NCBI GenBank assembly: GCA_963719225.1
Contig: CAVRAY010000001.1
Coordinates: 3,744,001-3,808,000, forward strand
Length of the DNA stretch: 64,000 bases
Origin: Thermoanaerobaculia bacterium
GTDB taxonomy: Bacteria > Acidobacteriota > Thermoanaerobaculia > UBA5066
Direction of reading: 5' to 3'
The notes under the pieces were generated by a model. It saw nothing but the letters and a program-made list of their open reading frames with translations, had not been told where the DNA came from and did not search any database. The translations under genes and the position numbers were made by a program. Positions 17,295 to 26,714 of the stretch are shown piece after piece; within the stretch, counting starts at the first letter, position 1; each line of letters begins with the position of its first letter.

Positions 17295-19184
17295 ATGCGC
17301 GAACGAACGATGATGACCGCGAGCCGGGGCGCCGGCCTCCGCCGTCCGCCCGCGGGGCGAGGTCTCCTGGCCGCCGCCCTCCTCGCCCTTCTCTCCTTCG
17401 AAGAAAATCTTCTCTCCGCGTCTTCTCCCGTCTCACCTTCGCCGCCCAAGGCAGCCGTCGTCACGGCCGTCCAGGACCTTTTCATGCGACCCGACGAGAC
17501 CTCCCCCGTCGACGACCAGGTCATCCTCGGGGAGCGCGTCGAGATCCTCGAGGACGCCCCGGGCTTCGCGAAAGTGCGGACGGCCGCGGGCGAGGTCGCC
17601 TGGATTCCCGAGCGTGCGCTGCGTCGCGGCGAAGGCGCGGCGCGGGCGGGCGCGAAAGTCGCGCGCGTGACGTCGAACTTCGCCCACGTCTACGCGACTC
17701 CCTCGTTCACCGCGCAGAAGCCGCTCCTCACGGCTCCGATTGGCGCAACGATGGTTTTTTCGGATTTCTTGGAAGGTGAAGAGAAGGAGGCGACGGTCTA
17801 TTCGTGGGTTCGCATCGTCCTGCCAGACGGGCGCATCGGATTCATCGCGCGACCAGACGTCGCCCTCTTACCCTTCGAAGAATCTTCCTCTTTCTCTTCC
17901 TCTTCTCTTCCTCTCAAATTCCCTTCCGACTGGCTCGCGTTCGGCAGGCGCTTCCTCGGCGCGCCGTACACGTGGGGAGGCACGACGCCGCTCGGCTTCG
18001 ACTGCTCGGGCCTCGTGCAGAGGATCTTCAGGGAGCACGGCGTTCTGCTGAAGAGAAACAGCTTCGAGCAGGCCTTTCAGGACCCCCAGCTCGTCCCAGT
18101 CGCGTTCGAGAAGCTCCAGCCGGGCGACCTCCTGTTCTTCGGCACGGAAGACAAGCTCGACCACGAGGCGATCTGGGTCGGCGATGGGACGGTGCTGCAG
18201 TCGACGCGTCACAACGTGCCCGGCGTCCAGATCACTCCGTACGACAGCCCGTTTCTCAAGCCGCTCTTCCGCTATGCCCGAAGATTGAAGAGAGAAAACA
18301 AGATTTCTTCGAAAGGGGAAGAGTGGACGGGGCTCACGGACGCGAAGGTGCGAGCCCTGCGGAGCACGCTCGACGGAATCGCCGGCGCCAGCGGGGCGCG
18401 CTTCGGCATTTGGTTCAAGGACCTCGCCAGCGGTCTTTCCCTTTCGAAGAATCCCTCTCTGGTCATGCACGCCGCGTCCACGATGAAGACACCCGTGATG
18501 CTCGAGGTGCTCCGACGTGTGGACGAGGGGACGCTCTCGCTCTCGGACGAAGTGCCGGTCAAGAACGAGTTCAAGAGCCTCGTCGACGGCTCGCCGTTCT
18601 CGATCGAGCTCGAGGAGAACGACGCGCCGACGATGAAGAAGCTCGGCGGAAAAGCCACGCTCGACTTCCTCGTCACGGAAATGATCGTCCGCTCCTCCAA
18701 CCTCGCGACGAACGTGGTGCTTACGCTCGTCGGGCCTCGGAACGTCCAGGTGTTCACGGACGCGCTCGGCGCGCCCACGGTGAAGGTGCGGCGCTGCGTC
18801 GAGGATTCGAAGGCGTTCGAAAAGGGGCTCAACAACGAAACGGACGCGGCGGGCATGGGGACCGTGATGGAAGCCGCGGTGAGGTCGCCGAAGCTCTCGG
18901 CGGCGGCGAGAGCGAAGGCGTGGGAGATCCTCACCGGCCAGACGTTCCACGACGAAATCCCGGCGGGCCTTCATCCGCAGTCCGGCGCGGTGGTGGGCCA
19001 CAAGACGGGCAACATGTCCACCTCCCAGCACGACGCGGCCGTCGTCCGCCTTCCCGACGGACGTGAATACGTGCTCGTCCTCCTCGCGAACGACTTCGGG
19101 GCGAACGAAAAAGGACGGCGGAAGGCCATTGAGGCTGCGCGGAAGATGTCGCGTGCCGTCTGGGAGGCGATGATCGCGCCGTGA
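17295..19184 (+). CDS. Fusion: SH3b-SH3b-NlpC/P60 (YkfC-like) peptidase plus class A beta-lactamase-fold serine hydrolase
   Basis: PYTWGG..GFDCSGLV, LQPGDLLFF, DHEAIW; then AASTMK (SxxK), SSN, HKTG. Confidence 0.88.
   Translation: MRERTMMTASRGAGLRRPPAGRGLLAAALLALLSFEENLLSASSPVSPSPPKAAVVTAVQDLFMRPDETSPVDDQVILGERVEILEDAPGFAKVRTAAGEVAWIPERALRRGEGAARAGAKVARVTSNFAHVYATPSFTAQKPLLTAPIGATMVFSDFLEGEEKEATVYSWVRIVLPDGRIGFIARPDVALLPFEESSSFSSSSLPLKFPSDWLAFGRRFLGAPYTWGGTTPLGFDCSGLVQRIFREHGVLLKRNSFEQAFQDPQLVPVAFEKLQPGDLLFFGTEDKLDHEAIWVGDGTVLQSTRHNVPGVQITPYDSPFLKPLFRYARRLKRENKISSKGEEWTGLTDAKVRALRSTLDGIAGASGARFGIWFKDLASGLSLSKNPSLVMHAASTMKTPVMLEVLRRVDEGTLSLSDEVPVKNEFKSLVDGSPFSIELEENDAPTMKKLGGKATLDFLVTEMIVRSSNLATNVVLTLVGPRNVQVFTDALGAPTVKVRRCVEDSKAFEKGLNNETDAAGMGTVMEAAVRSPKLSAAARAKAWEILTGQTFHDEIPAGLHPQSGAVVGHKTGNMSTSQHDAAVVRLPDGREYVLVLLANDFGANEKGRRKAIEAARKMSRAVWEAMIAP
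17387..18460. repeat. Five motif copies inside the NlpC/P60 fusion gene
   Basis: ~17387-17428 (-), 17762-17789 (+), 17863-17915 (-), 18281-18323 (+), 18435-18460 (-); each contains exact TTCTTnGAA. Confidence 0.75.
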
Positions 19185-20101
19185 AGCGCGGCGTCCTTCT
19201 CGGCCTCCTCGTCCTCTACGTCGTCTGGGGCTCGACGTATCTCGCGATCCGGTTCGGGCTGGAGACGATTCCGCCGTTCGTGATGTCGGGCCTCCGTTAC
19301 GGCTGCGCAGGCGCCATCCTCCTCGCCTTCGCGAAGGTGCGGGGAGCTCCCGGCATCGAGGCCCGGGACTTCGTCCCCGCCTTCACGTGCGGCGCCCTGC
19401 TCCTCCTCTGTGGAAACGGCGGCGTCGTGTGGTCCGAGCAGCGAATCTCCTCCGGCCTCGCGGCCCTTCTCGTCGCCACCGAGCCCCTCTTCATCGTGCT
19501 CCTCAGGGCGGCTCCGCCCGAGCGGCATGCGCCGGGAGGCCGCGCTCTCTTCGGCACCGTCCTCGGGTTGTCGGGTGTCGCGCTTCTCCTCGGCCCCGCG
19601 CGGCTGGGCGGCCAGAGCATCGACCTTCTCGGAGCCGGGGCCGTGCTGTTCGCCGCGTTCGCATGGGCTCTCGGTTCCCTTCTCTCCCGGCGCTTCGCGC
19701 CGGCCGCGTCGCCGCTCCAGGCGACGGCGCTCCAGATGCTCGCGGGCGGAGTCTTGCTTCTCGCGGCGTCGGCGGCAACGGGCGAGTGGGGCCGGTTCTC
19801 GTTCGCGCAGGTCTCGGCGCGCTCTCTGGCGGCCGTTCTCTACCTCATGATCTTCGGCTCTCTCATCGGCTACACGATCTACGTCTGGCTCCTCCGCGTG
19901 GCCGACCCCTCGCGCGTCTCGACGTACGCGTTCGTGAACCCGGTGGTGGCGGTCTTTCTCGGCTGGGCGCTGGCCGACGAAGCGGTGACGCTGCGGATGC
20001 TCGTCGCAGCGGCCGTCATCGTGGCCGCGGTCGTTCTGATCACCCGCGGCGAAGCCCACGTGGCGCCTGAGATAAGATCTCAGCCACAAGATCGGAAATA
20101 G
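19181..20101 (+). CDS. EamA/DMT-family transporter (YedA-like)
   Basis: VYVVWGSTYLAIR-like N-terminus, SSGLAALLVAT, STYAFVNPVVAVFLG. Confidence 0.9.
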   Translation: MKRGVLLGLLVLYVVWGSTYLAIRFGLETIPPFVMSGLRYGCAGAILLAFAKVRGAPGIEARDFVPAFTCGALLLLCGNGGVVWSEQRISSGLAALLVATEPLFIVLLRAAPPERHAPGGRALFGTVLGLSGVALLLGPARLGGQSIDLLGAGAVLFAAFAWALGSLLSRRFAPAASPLQATALQMLAGGVLLLAASAATGEWGRFSFAQVSARSLAAVLYLMIFGSLIGYTIYVWLLRVADPSRVSTYAFVNPVVAVFLGWALADEAVTLRMLVAAAVIVAAVVLITRGEAHVAPEIRSQPQDRK

Positions 20102-20110
20102 GAGAGTTCG

Positions 20111-20599
20111 ATGAAGAAGACCCTCGTGGGCTGTCTCCTCGTATGCCTCGCCCTTTCGGCCGGCGCCGTCCTTGCCGCGGACCCGGCGCCCCAGCACGGC
20201 CTGATGACCCTGGACAGCGCGTGGGTCAAGGCAATGCTCGCCAACGACGCCGCCGCATGCGCCGCTCTCTACGCGGACGACGCCGTCATGGTCCTACCCG
20301 GCTCCGGTGCGATCAAGGGCAAGAAGGCGATCGCGGATGCCTACGCGGGGTGGCTGAAGGACGTCAAGGTGACGGACGCCGCCGTCATGGATAATCACTA
20401 CCGGTCGGCCGGCCACCTCTCGACGGGCTGGGGCCACTGGAAGGTGACGACCGTGCCGAAGGCGGGCGGCGCGCCGACGACTGAAGTCGGGACGTGGTGC
20501 GCCGTCGCCGAGCAAAAAGACGGCGCCTGGAAATACGTCTCCGACCACGCCTCGGCCGACCCCCCTCCGCCGGCGGCGGCCGCTCCCCCGAAGAAGTAG
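20111..20599 (+). CDS. Secreted NTF2-like (DUF4440) protein
   Basis: Signal peptide, ANDA..CAALYADDAV, G..AI, DGAWKYVSDHAS. Confidence 0.75.
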   Translation: MKKTLVGCLLVCLALSAGAVLAADPAPQHGLMTLDSAWVKAMLANDAAACAALYADDAVMVLPGSGAIKGKKAIADAYAGWLKDVKVTDAAVMDNHYRSAGHLSTGWGHWKVTTVPKAGGAPTTEVGTWCAVAEQKDGAWKYVSDHASADPPPPAAAAPPKK

Positions 20600-20603
20600 A
20601 CCT

Positions 20604-21176
20604 CTACTCGATCGCCTCTCCGCCCTTCGCACGCGCGAGGTGGCCGAGGGCCCCGTCAGGCCACTCGAGCGCGCCGCGCGCCTGAGAGGAGAGCTTGCCC
20701 TCGGCGGTGAAGAACATCGTCTCCAGGGGCCGCTTGGAGTTCAGCTTCTGCGTCGTGTCGCCCTTGGGGTCGAGGACGAGCGCCGCCGGCTGGGGCGCGA
20801 CGAGCCCCTTCTGCTTCAGCCACGCGTCCACGGTCGCGAAGTCGGGGTCGTGCGCGATGAGGACGAATTCCACGCCGGGATCCGCCTTCATCTCTTCCTG
20901 CGTGCGGAAGATGCCCGCCAGCTCTTCGGCGGCTCCCGGCGTCGAGGTCGAGAAGAAATGGACGACGAGCGCCTTCCCCGGCCTGCCGACGAGGTTGCGC
21001 GTCTTTCCCTCCCGGGTCGTGACGTTCAGGCGGCCCCCGGCGTCGAGGTTCAGGATCCCGTGGTCGTGGTCCGGATGGGTCGCGGGCACGAGAGAGAGCC
21101 AGTAGGCCCACGCGAAGCCGGCGGCGAGGAGGGCGAGAGCTCCGAACAGAACGGCGCGGCGGCGAGACGGCGTCAT
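20604..21176 (-). CDS. Membrane-anchored TlpA/redoxin-like protein lacking CxxC
   Basis: N-terminal TM, GKALVVHFFSTSTPGAAEEL (aligns with VxNFWAxWCxxCxxE), LDPKG, PLETMFFTAEGK, GALEW. Confidence 0.65.
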   Translation of the reverse strand: MTPSRRRAVLFGALALLAAGFAWAYWLSLVPATHPDHDHGILNLDAGGRLNVTTREGKTRNLVGRPGKALVVHFFSTSTPGAAEELAGIFRTQEEMKADPGVEFVLIAHDPDFATVDAWLKQKGLVAPQPAALVLDPKGDTTQKLNSKRPLETMFFTAEGKLSSQARGALEWPDGALGHLARAKGGEAIE

Positions 21177-22072
21177 GGAGCGCTCCCGGGGTTCCCGGCG
21201 GGGTGAACGTCGCTTTCCGTTTCCACGCGGAACCGTTTGAGATTCCCGAACTCGAATCGGAAGGAGGTGTCGAGGCGGAAGAAGAGCGCCGTCTTCCCCC
21301 TGAGCCGGAGCTCGACGACGCAGGGAAACCACATGTTTCCTCCGAGGGGCTGGCCCGTGTACGCGATTTCCGCGGTCTTCACGTTCGCGGCGAGACCGCC
21401 TGCCACCTTCACGGGTTTCGTGAGGTGCGCGACGACGGAACGGACCTGAAAGTCGACGGCGTCGATGACGGCACGACCCGCGAGCGCGTTCAGCGCGCGG
21501 TCTCCGAGGGTCTTCGCCGCCGGCGCCGAGGGGTCCGGCGAAAAGTCGAGGACGTACGCGGGCCGCCCCTCCACGATTTCCTCGCCGACGACGCGGATGT
21601 CGAAGCGGCCGATGAGCTCCGAGAGGCGCCTCTTGCCGACGAGGGGATCCTCCTCGTCGCCGGAAACCTGCTCGACGCGGCGCGCTTCCGCAGCGGCTTT
21701 TTGCTCGAGGCGTTTCTTCCGGCTCTTCTCGTCTTCCTCGGCGGCCTTGCGCTTCTCGGCCTCGGTCGCGGGGCGCCCGTCGACCTCGACGAGCTCGCGC
21801 GACCCCTCCTCGCCCCCGTTTCCCGACAGCACGTAGAAGAGGCGCGAGGCGATTTCCTTCGCCCGGCCGTCCGGGCCCCACTCGATCTTCACCTCGCGCT
21901 GGTCGAACGTGGCGCCGTCGAACGCGGCCTCGACCCGGCGCTGGCTCCTCACGACGCGCCGGACGAGGTCTCGCGCGTCCACCTCGTATGCGGACGCCGT
22001 GATCTCCGCGCGGGCCGCTCCGGGAAGAAGCGAAACGGCGAGGACGGCGCAGGCCGGCGAACGAGCCTTCAT
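21173..22072 (-). CDS. Secreted hypothetical protein (beta-rich)
   Basis: Signal peptide, GEEIVEGRPAYVLDFSP, GRAVIDAVDFQV, WFP; GC3-rich codon pattern. Confidence 0.65.
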   Translation of the reverse strand: MKARSPACAVLAVSLLPGAARAEITASAYEVDARDLVRRVVRSQRRVEAAFDGATFDQREVKIEWGPDGRAKEIASRLFYVLSGNGGEEGSRELVEVDGRPATEAEKRKAAEEDEKSRKKRLEQKAAAEARRVEQVSGDEEDPLVGKRRLSELIGRFDIRVVGEEIVEGRPAYVLDFSPDPSAPAAKTLGDRALNALAGRAVIDAVDFQVRSVVAHLTKPVKVAGGLAANVKTAEIAYTGQPLGGNMWFPCVVELRLRGKTALFFRLDTSFRFEFGNLKRFRVETESDVHPAGNPGSAP

Positions 22073-22130
22073 GACCTTGCGGACTATACGGCGCCGGGTT
22101 TTCGGTACGATGCAAGGACAAGGAGTCGGA

Positions 22131-23033
22131 ATGCGCGTGGTCGTGGCGGGTGGGACCGGGTTCATCGGTTCGAAGCTCTGGGAGAGCCTGCTCGCGCGAG
22201 GGCATGACGTCGTCCTTCTCACGCGTGACGCGTCCCGGTCGCGAGACCACGTCCACCCGAAGGTCCACGTCGTGTCGTGGGCAAAAGGCGCCGCCTGGGA
22301 GCCGTGGATCGACGGCGCCGGGGGAATCGTGAATCTCGCCGGCGAAACCATCGCGCAGCGCTGGACGAAGGCCGCGAAGGAGAGGATCCGGACGAGCCGG
22401 CTCGACGCCACCGCGAAGCTCTGCGGGGCGATCGAGAAGGCGATTCTGAAGCCGTCCGTCCTCGTTAACGCCTCGGCGGTCGGCATCTACGGGCCTCGGG
22501 GGGACGAGACCCTCTCGGAGGAGTCCTCCCCCGGCAGCGACTTTCTCGCGACGACGTGCCTCGCGTGGGAGGCGGCTGCGAGGGAGGCCGAGCCGCTGGG
22601 CGCGCGCGTGGCGATGATACGGACCGGAGTCGTGCTCGGCCGGGGCGGCGCTCTCGCGAAGATGCTCCCGCCCTTCAAGGCGTTTCTCGGCGGCCCGATC
22701 GGAGAGGGCGGCCAGTGGATGTCCTGGATCCATCTGGACGATCTCGTCGCCCTCTACGTCTTCGCGCTCGAGAACTCCCAGATAGCGGGCCCTCTCGACG
22801 GCACGGCTCCGAATCCCGTCACGATGAAGGACTTCGCCGCGGCTCTCGGCCGCGCGTTGCACCGGCCGAGCCTGCTCAAGGTCCCCGCGCCGGCGGTCCA
22901 CATCCTCCTCGGCGAGATGTCGACGGTCGTGCTCGACGGCCAGCGCGTCCTGCCGAAAAAAGCGCAGGAGGCCGGCTTCACGTTTCGCTTCCCCGAGGTC
23001 GACGCCGCTCTTCGGGACGCCGTGGGAGACTGA
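22131..23033 (+). CDS. TIGR01777/YfcH-family NAD-dependent epimerase/oxidoreductase
   Basis: GGTGFIG, NLAGE, SAVGIYG, RTGVVL, GQWMSWIH, GQRVLP; AGGAG SD. Confidence 0.9.
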   Translation: MRVVVAGGTGFIGSKLWESLLARGHDVVLLTRDASRSRDHVHPKVHVVSWAKGAAWEPWIDGAGGIVNLAGETIAQRWTKAAKERIRTSRLDATAKLCGAIEKAILKPSVLVNASAVGIYGPRGDETLSEESSPGSDFLATTCLAWEAAAREAEPLGARVAMIRTGVVLGRGGALAKMLPPFKAFLGGPIGEGGQWMSWIHLDDLVALYVFALENSQIAGPLDGTAPNPVTMKDFAAALGRALHRPSLLKVPAPAVHILLGEMSTVVLDGQRVLPKKAQEAGFTFRFPEVDAALRDAVGD

Positions 23034-23036
23034 CGC

Positions 23037-25301
23037 GTGGCACTCGTCGGCCGCAGCGTCCCGCGGGCGGATGGGCCGGCCAAGGTCGCCGGGACGGCCC
23101 GTTACGTCGACGATCTGACGCGGCCGGGCCTTCTCTTCGGCGCGACTCTGAGAAGTCCCGTGGCGCGCGGTCGTCTGCGAGGGATTCGACGGGATCCCGC
23201 GTTCGACTGGTCCGGTGTCACGGTCGTGACCGCCGAAGACGTGCCGGTGAACGTCGTCGCCCTCATCGAGGAGGACCAGCCCGTTCTCGCGTCGGACGAG
23301 GTGCGCCACGCGTACGAGCCGATCGCGCTCGTGGCCGCCGAGGATCCCATCCGCGTCGCCCGCGCCCTGCGCGCCCTGACGCCGGAGATCGAGGCGCTGC
23401 CTCCCGTCCTGACGGTCGCCGAATCGCTCGCGCGGAAGGTCCAGATCCACGGGCCGGACAACGTCTTCGCGACGTATCGGATCTCGAAAGGCGATGCGGC
23501 CCGGGCGATTCCCTCGAGCCCCGTCCGCCTGACGGGACGGTATCGGACGCACCATCAGGAGCAGCTCTACATCGAGCCTCAGGGCATGCTCGCGTTCTGG
23601 GACGCAGGCGGTGCTCATCTGGTGGGCTCGCTCCAGTGCCCGTTCTACGTCCACAAGGGCGTCAAGCGCACCTTCAGCCTCGACGACGCGCACGTCGACG
23701 TGACGCAAGCCGTGACGGGCGGCGGATTCGGCGGGAAGGAGGAGTACCCCACTCTCCTCGCTCTCCATGCCCTCCTCCTTGCGAAGAAGAGCGGCCGGCC
23801 CGTGAAGATGATCTACAACCGTCAGGAGGACGTCGAGGCGACGACGAAGCGCCATCCCTGCGACGTGACGATCGAGTCCGGCTGCGACCGCGAGGGCAAC
23901 CTGTCGGCGGTCTGGATCAAGATCGTCATGGACGGCGGCGCGTACGTCACGCTCACTCCGGTCGTTCTTTCGCGCGCCGCCCTCCACGCCGCCGGCGCCT
24001 ATCGGTGGGAGCACGTCGCGATCGAGGCCGTCGCGGTCGCGACGAATACGCCCCCGAACGGCGCCTTCCGCGGCTTTGGAGCCCCGCAGACGATCTGGGC
24101 CATCGAGCGGCACATGGACCGCATCGCGCGCGAGCTGTCCGCCGATCCGCTCGAGCTGCGCGAGAAGAATCTCCTTCGGGTGGGCGACACGACGCCGACG
24201 GGCCAGTTCCTGAAGGAGTCGGTCGGCGTGCAGCGCTGCATCGAAGAGGCGCGCAAAGCGAGCGGCTGGGAGAAGAAACGTTCGGCGCTCGGGAGCGGCG
24301 CGCCCGCGCGTCCCGTCTCCGCGCTCCTGCGCCGGAACGCGCCGGGCGGATCCACTCCGCGGAAGTCCCGCGGCATCGGCGCGAGCGTCTTCCTGCACGG
24401 AGCCGGCTTCACGGGTTCGGGGGAACGCAGGCTGAAAGGCCAGGTGGCGATCGACATGCTCCGGAATCCGTCGGGGAAAAAGCCGATCTTCCGGATCCGC
24501 ACGGCATCCACGGAGATCGGGCAGGGCACCGAGACCGTCTTCCGCCAGATCGCGGCCGAGGCGCTCTGGGTCTCCATGGACCGCGTGGAGTTCGCCCAGC
24601 CGTCCACCTCCCTGGTCCCCGACTCGGGCCCCACCGTCGCGTCGCGCACCGTGATGATCGTCGGCTCGATCGTCGAGCGCGCGGCGCGCGAGCTCTTCGC
24701 GCGCATCGAGTACGAGCGCCAGAAACGTGGAGGCTCCTTCGACGAAGCGGCGCTCCGGCTCATCGCCAAGGAACCGGTCGTCTCCCAGAAGACGTACGAG
24801 ACTCCAAAGGACCTCGTCTGGGACGACGAGACGTACCACGGCGACGCCTACCCCGTCTTTGCCTGGGGCTGCGACATCGCCGAGGTCGAGGTCGATCTCG
24901 ACACGTTCGAGACGACGGTTCTCGGCTTCTGGGCCGTCCAGGACGTGGGGAAGGCCATCCACCCGCTCCTGTGCAAGGGACAGATCGAAGGGGGGACGCT
25001 CCAGGCCATCGGATGGGCGCTGAACGAGAAGCTCGTCTTCAAGGACGGCAGGATCCTGAACTCCCGCATGGCGAACTACATCGTGCCCACGAGCCTGGAC
25101 GCTCCGAGGTTCACGACCATCCTCGTGGAGGATTCGTACTCGAAGGGGCCGGGCGGCGGCGCCAAGGGAATCGGCGAGCTGCCCATGGACGGCGGCGCGC
25201 CCGCGATCGCGGCCGCGATCGAGCACGCGACCGGAATCGTCCACGACGACCTGCCGCTCCTGCCGGAGGACCTCTTCGCGGCCCGTCGGGCGGGGACGTG
25301 A
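23037..25301 (+). CDS. Xanthine dehydrogenase-family molybdopterin-binding subunit
   Basis: KVAGTARYVDD, GGGFGGKE, GAFRGFGAPQ, EIGQG, TVASR, GQIEGG, KGIGE. Confidence 0.92.
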   Translation: MALVGRSVPRADGPAKVAGTARYVDDLTRPGLLFGATLRSPVARGRLRGIRRDPAFDWSGVTVVTAEDVPVNVVALIEEDQPVLASDEVRHAYEPIALVAAEDPIRVARALRALTPEIEALPPVLTVAESLARKVQIHGPDNVFATYRISKGDAARAIPSSPVRLTGRYRTHHQEQLYIEPQGMLAFWDAGGAHLVGSLQCPFYVHKGVKRTFSLDDAHVDVTQAVTGGGFGGKEEYPTLLALHALLLAKKSGRPVKMIYNRQEDVEATTKRHPCDVTIESGCDREGNLSAVWIKIVMDGGAYVTLTPVVLSRAALHAAGAYRWEHVAIEAVAVATNTPPNGAFRGFGAPQTIWAIERHMDRIARELSADPLELREKNLLRVGDTTPTGQFLKESVGVQRCIEEARKASGWEKKRSALGSGAPARPVSALLRRNAPGGSTPRKSRGIGASVFLHGAGFTGSGERRLKGQVAIDMLRNPSGKKPIFRIRTASTEIGQGTETVFRQIAAEALWVSMDRVEFAQPSTSLVPDSGPTVASRTVMIVGSIVERAARELFARIEYERQKRGGSFDEAALRLIAKEPVVSQKTYETPKDLVWDDETYHGDAYPVFAWGCDIAEVEVDLDTFETTVLGFWAVQDVGKAIHPLLCKGQIEGGTLQAIGWALNEKLVFKDGRILNSRMANYIVPTSLDAPRFTTILVEDSYSKGPGGGAKGIGELPMDGGAPAIAAAIEHATGIVHDDLPLLPEDLFAARRAGT

Positions 25302-25774
25302 GGATCGCGTTCGTTCTCAACGGGAAGAAACGCGCGGTCGACGCGCCTCCTCTCGCGCGTCTCGTCGACCTCCTGCGCGGGCCTCTCGGCCTCACGGGAA
25401 CGAAGGAAGGCTGCGGGGAAGGCGAGTGCGGCTCGTGCACGGTCCTGCTCGACGGGATCCCCGTGAACGCGTGCCTCGTCGTGGCCGGCCAGTGCGACGG
25501 ACGCACGGTGCTGACGGTCGAAGGGCTCGGGATCAGGGACGGGCTCTCCGACCTCCAGGAGGCGTTCGTGAAAGAGGGCGGCGCCCAATGCGGCATCTGC
25601 ACGCCCGGCTTTCTCATGGCGGCGCACGCGCTCCTCACGGCGAACCCGCAGCCCGGAGAGGGCGAGATCCGGGAGAGCATCGCGGGCAACGTGTGCCGCT
25701 GCACCGGCTACCAGCGGATCGTCGAGTCGATCCGGCACGCCGCCAAGGAGCGGACCTCGCGTGAATCCGGCTGA
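25298..25774 (+). CDS. (2Fe-2S)-binding small subunit (CoxS/XdhC-like)
   Basis: GTKEGCGEGECGSCTV, QCGICTPG, GNVCRCTGY; GTGA overlap with the previous gene. Confidence 0.92.
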   Translation: MRIAFVLNGKKRAVDAPPLARLVDLLRGPLGLTGTKEGCGEGECGSCTVLLDGIPVNACLVVAGQCDGRTVLTVEGLGIRDGLSDLQEAFVKEGGAQCGICTPGFLMAAHALLTANPQPGEGEIRESIAGNVCRCTGYQRIVESIRHAAKERTSRESG

Positions 25775-26660
25775 GATCGCCCTCTACCCGTTCGAACGCC
25801 CGGCCACTCTCGCCGAGCTCTGCCGGACGCTCTCGGCCCGCGCGGGGCGAAAAGAGAAGACCGTTCTCCTCGCCGGGGGAACGGACTGGATCGTGGAGCG
25901 GGGCCTCGCGCCGCCGGAGAACCCGGACGACCTCCCGCTCGTTCTCGACGTCTCGCGCCTCCCCGAGCTGCGCAGCATCCAGGTCGCGAAAGAGCGCGCC
26001 GCCATCGGGGCCGCCGCCACGTTTCTGGAGATCCGAAGCCATCCCGTGCTCCTGAGGCGCGTGCCGGTCCTGACGGCCATGGCGCGCGAGGTGGGCGCGA
26101 TCCAGATCCAGTCGCGGGGGACGCTGGGAGGCAACCTCGCGACGGCGTCTCCCGCGGCCGACGGCGCCGCAGCCCTCATGGCCCTCGATGCCGAAGTCGT
26201 CCTCGCGAGCCTTCACGGCGAGCGGCGGGTGCCCGTGACGCAGTTCTTCACGGGCTATCGCACGACGCGGCGGGCCGAGGACGAGATCATCGTCCGCGTG
26301 GAGTTCGTCCTCCCGCGAACCGGCGCTCACCAGGCCTGGCGAAAGGTAGGAACCCGCGCGGCCCAGGCGATTTCGAAGGTCGCGCTGGCGGCGGTCGCGG
26401 AGGTCGAGCGGGGCCGCGGGGTCCGCGCCGGGTTGGGAATGGCGTCGGTGGCGCCCGTCACGGCCTCTCTCCCGACGGTGCGTGCGCTCGCCCTCGCGCC
26501 GAGCCTCGCTTCGGTCTCCGACGAGGAGCTGGATGCCGCGACACGGCGAGATATCTCCCCCATCGACGACATCCGCTCGACCGCGGCCTACCGGTCCCAC
26601 GTCGCGTCCGCACTCGTCAAGGCGTTCTTCCGTCAGCTTCGGGCGGCCTCCGGTCCCTGA
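25761..26660 (+). CDS. FAD-binding medium subunit (CoxM/XdhB-like)
   Basis: LAGGTD, QIQSRGTLGGNLATASPAAD, PIDDIRSTAAYR. Confidence 0.9.
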   Translation: MNPAEIALYPFERPATLAELCRTLSARAGRKEKTVLLAGGTDWIVERGLAPPENPDDLPLVLDVSRLPELRSIQVAKERAAIGAAATFLEIRSHPVLLRRVPVLTAMAREVGAIQIQSRGTLGGNLATASPAADGAAALMALDAEVVLASLHGERRVPVTQFFTGYRTTRRAEDEIIVRVEFVLPRTGAHQAWRKVGTRAAQAISKVALAAVAEVERGRGVRAGLGMASVAPVTASLPTVRALALAPSLASVSDEELDAATRRDISPIDDIRSTAAYRSHVASALVKAFFRQLRAASGP

Positions 26661-26714
26661 CTCGCCCACGACGTTCCGGGACCCGTATGATCACGCATCC
26701 CGCGGAGGTGACCG

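Noticed and set aside
20604-25244. 1546-aa minus-strand ORF, and other very long ORFs such as 43165-47421, 29552-33490 and 34205-37693
   Set aside because: Antisense or alternate-frame shadows of real genes in high-GC DNA. Only their terminal segments are real CDS where annotated (20604-21176, 32234-33490, 34205-35278).
23037-25301. Possible aerobic CO dehydrogenase (CoxL)
   Set aside because: The active-site loop reads AFRGFG, not AYxCSFR, so it is a generic xanthine dehydrogenase-family enzyme.
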